A stretch of DNA of 63,407 bases, filler included, from Vannella sp. (taxonomy: Eukaryota): the NCBI GenBank assembly GCA_023345925.1. It is 5 parts of 5 records of this genome, joined end to end, with 100 filler letters (N's around TTAATTAATTAA, not from the genome) between each part and the next. Parts side by side here need not be neighbours in the genome. Positions count along the whole stretch, not along the records: positions 55,558 to 63,407 come from JAJQQN010001170.1; 4 more parts are not named here. One strand, given 5' to 3'. Position 1 is the first letter of the stretch. Each line of letters starts with the position of its first letter. The translations under genes and the position numbers were made by a program. The notes under the pieces were generated by a model. The model did not search any database. It saw only the letters and a list, made by a program, of their open reading frames with translations, and was not told where the DNA came from. Of the stretch, positions 63,082-63,407 are shown one piece after another.

Positions 63082-63407
63082 TTAGCCAGGGATGGCAATG
63101 TCGAGAATCTTGAATTCCAAGTGTACATGTGTCAGAGGACCCTGGAATTCATACTCATCATTTCAAACAGAGCGAGCTAACACCACATTATCATCGGTAA
63201 TATCTTGTTTTGAATGGGGTAAGAAGTCCAAGCTATCTAGACCAGCGAAAAGAGACATAAGCCTCTCCTCACTGAGAATGAGAGTCGCACCATGAAAATC
63301 TTCGAAATTGGATACCTCCACACGTGTCTCATCGTGAGGCTTGTTGGTCTTGAGCGCCATCCACATGAATAGTTCGGGAGTTGAAAAAAACTTATTGAGC
63401 GCTTTCA
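63082..63407 (-). CDS. 3' fragment of a hypothetical protein
   Basis: Open frame from the window edge, one GT-AG intron, then GPLTHVHLEFKILDIAIPG-stop. Confidence 0.45.

Overview
This is eukaryotic nuclear DNA from a very gene-dense protist, probably an amoebozoan (inferred from the gene families present). It uses the standard genetic code and short, mostly ~40-60 nt, GT-AG spliceosomal introns. The window is five separate contigs joined by artificial 100-nt N/TTAATTAATTAA linkers, so adjacency across a linker means nothing. Housekeeping genes include RIO2, histone H4, TFIIIC subunit 5, sphingosine kinase, an ERGIC-53-like lectin, a PPR protein, ALG13, UDP-glucose pyrophosphorylase, an ADP-ribosylglycohydrolase and a GH18 hydrolase. 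The most unusual items are: (1) a ~3,220-aa Sel1-lipase-pseudo-nucleotidyltransferase-pseudokinase-LRR fusion, (2) a kinase-less Roco protein ending in a VPS9-like Rab-GEF domain, (3) an ankyrin gene whose DxxG hairpins are separate 12-nt micro-exons, (4) a single-pass mucin-stalk receptor with an intact GPS autoproteolysis motif, plus a GPI-type relative, (5) a Rel/STAT-like DBD-IPT-ankyrin factor, (6) a tRNA-like element and (7) a tandem MYB duplication. All domain calls come from recognising motifs by eye; no database searches were run.
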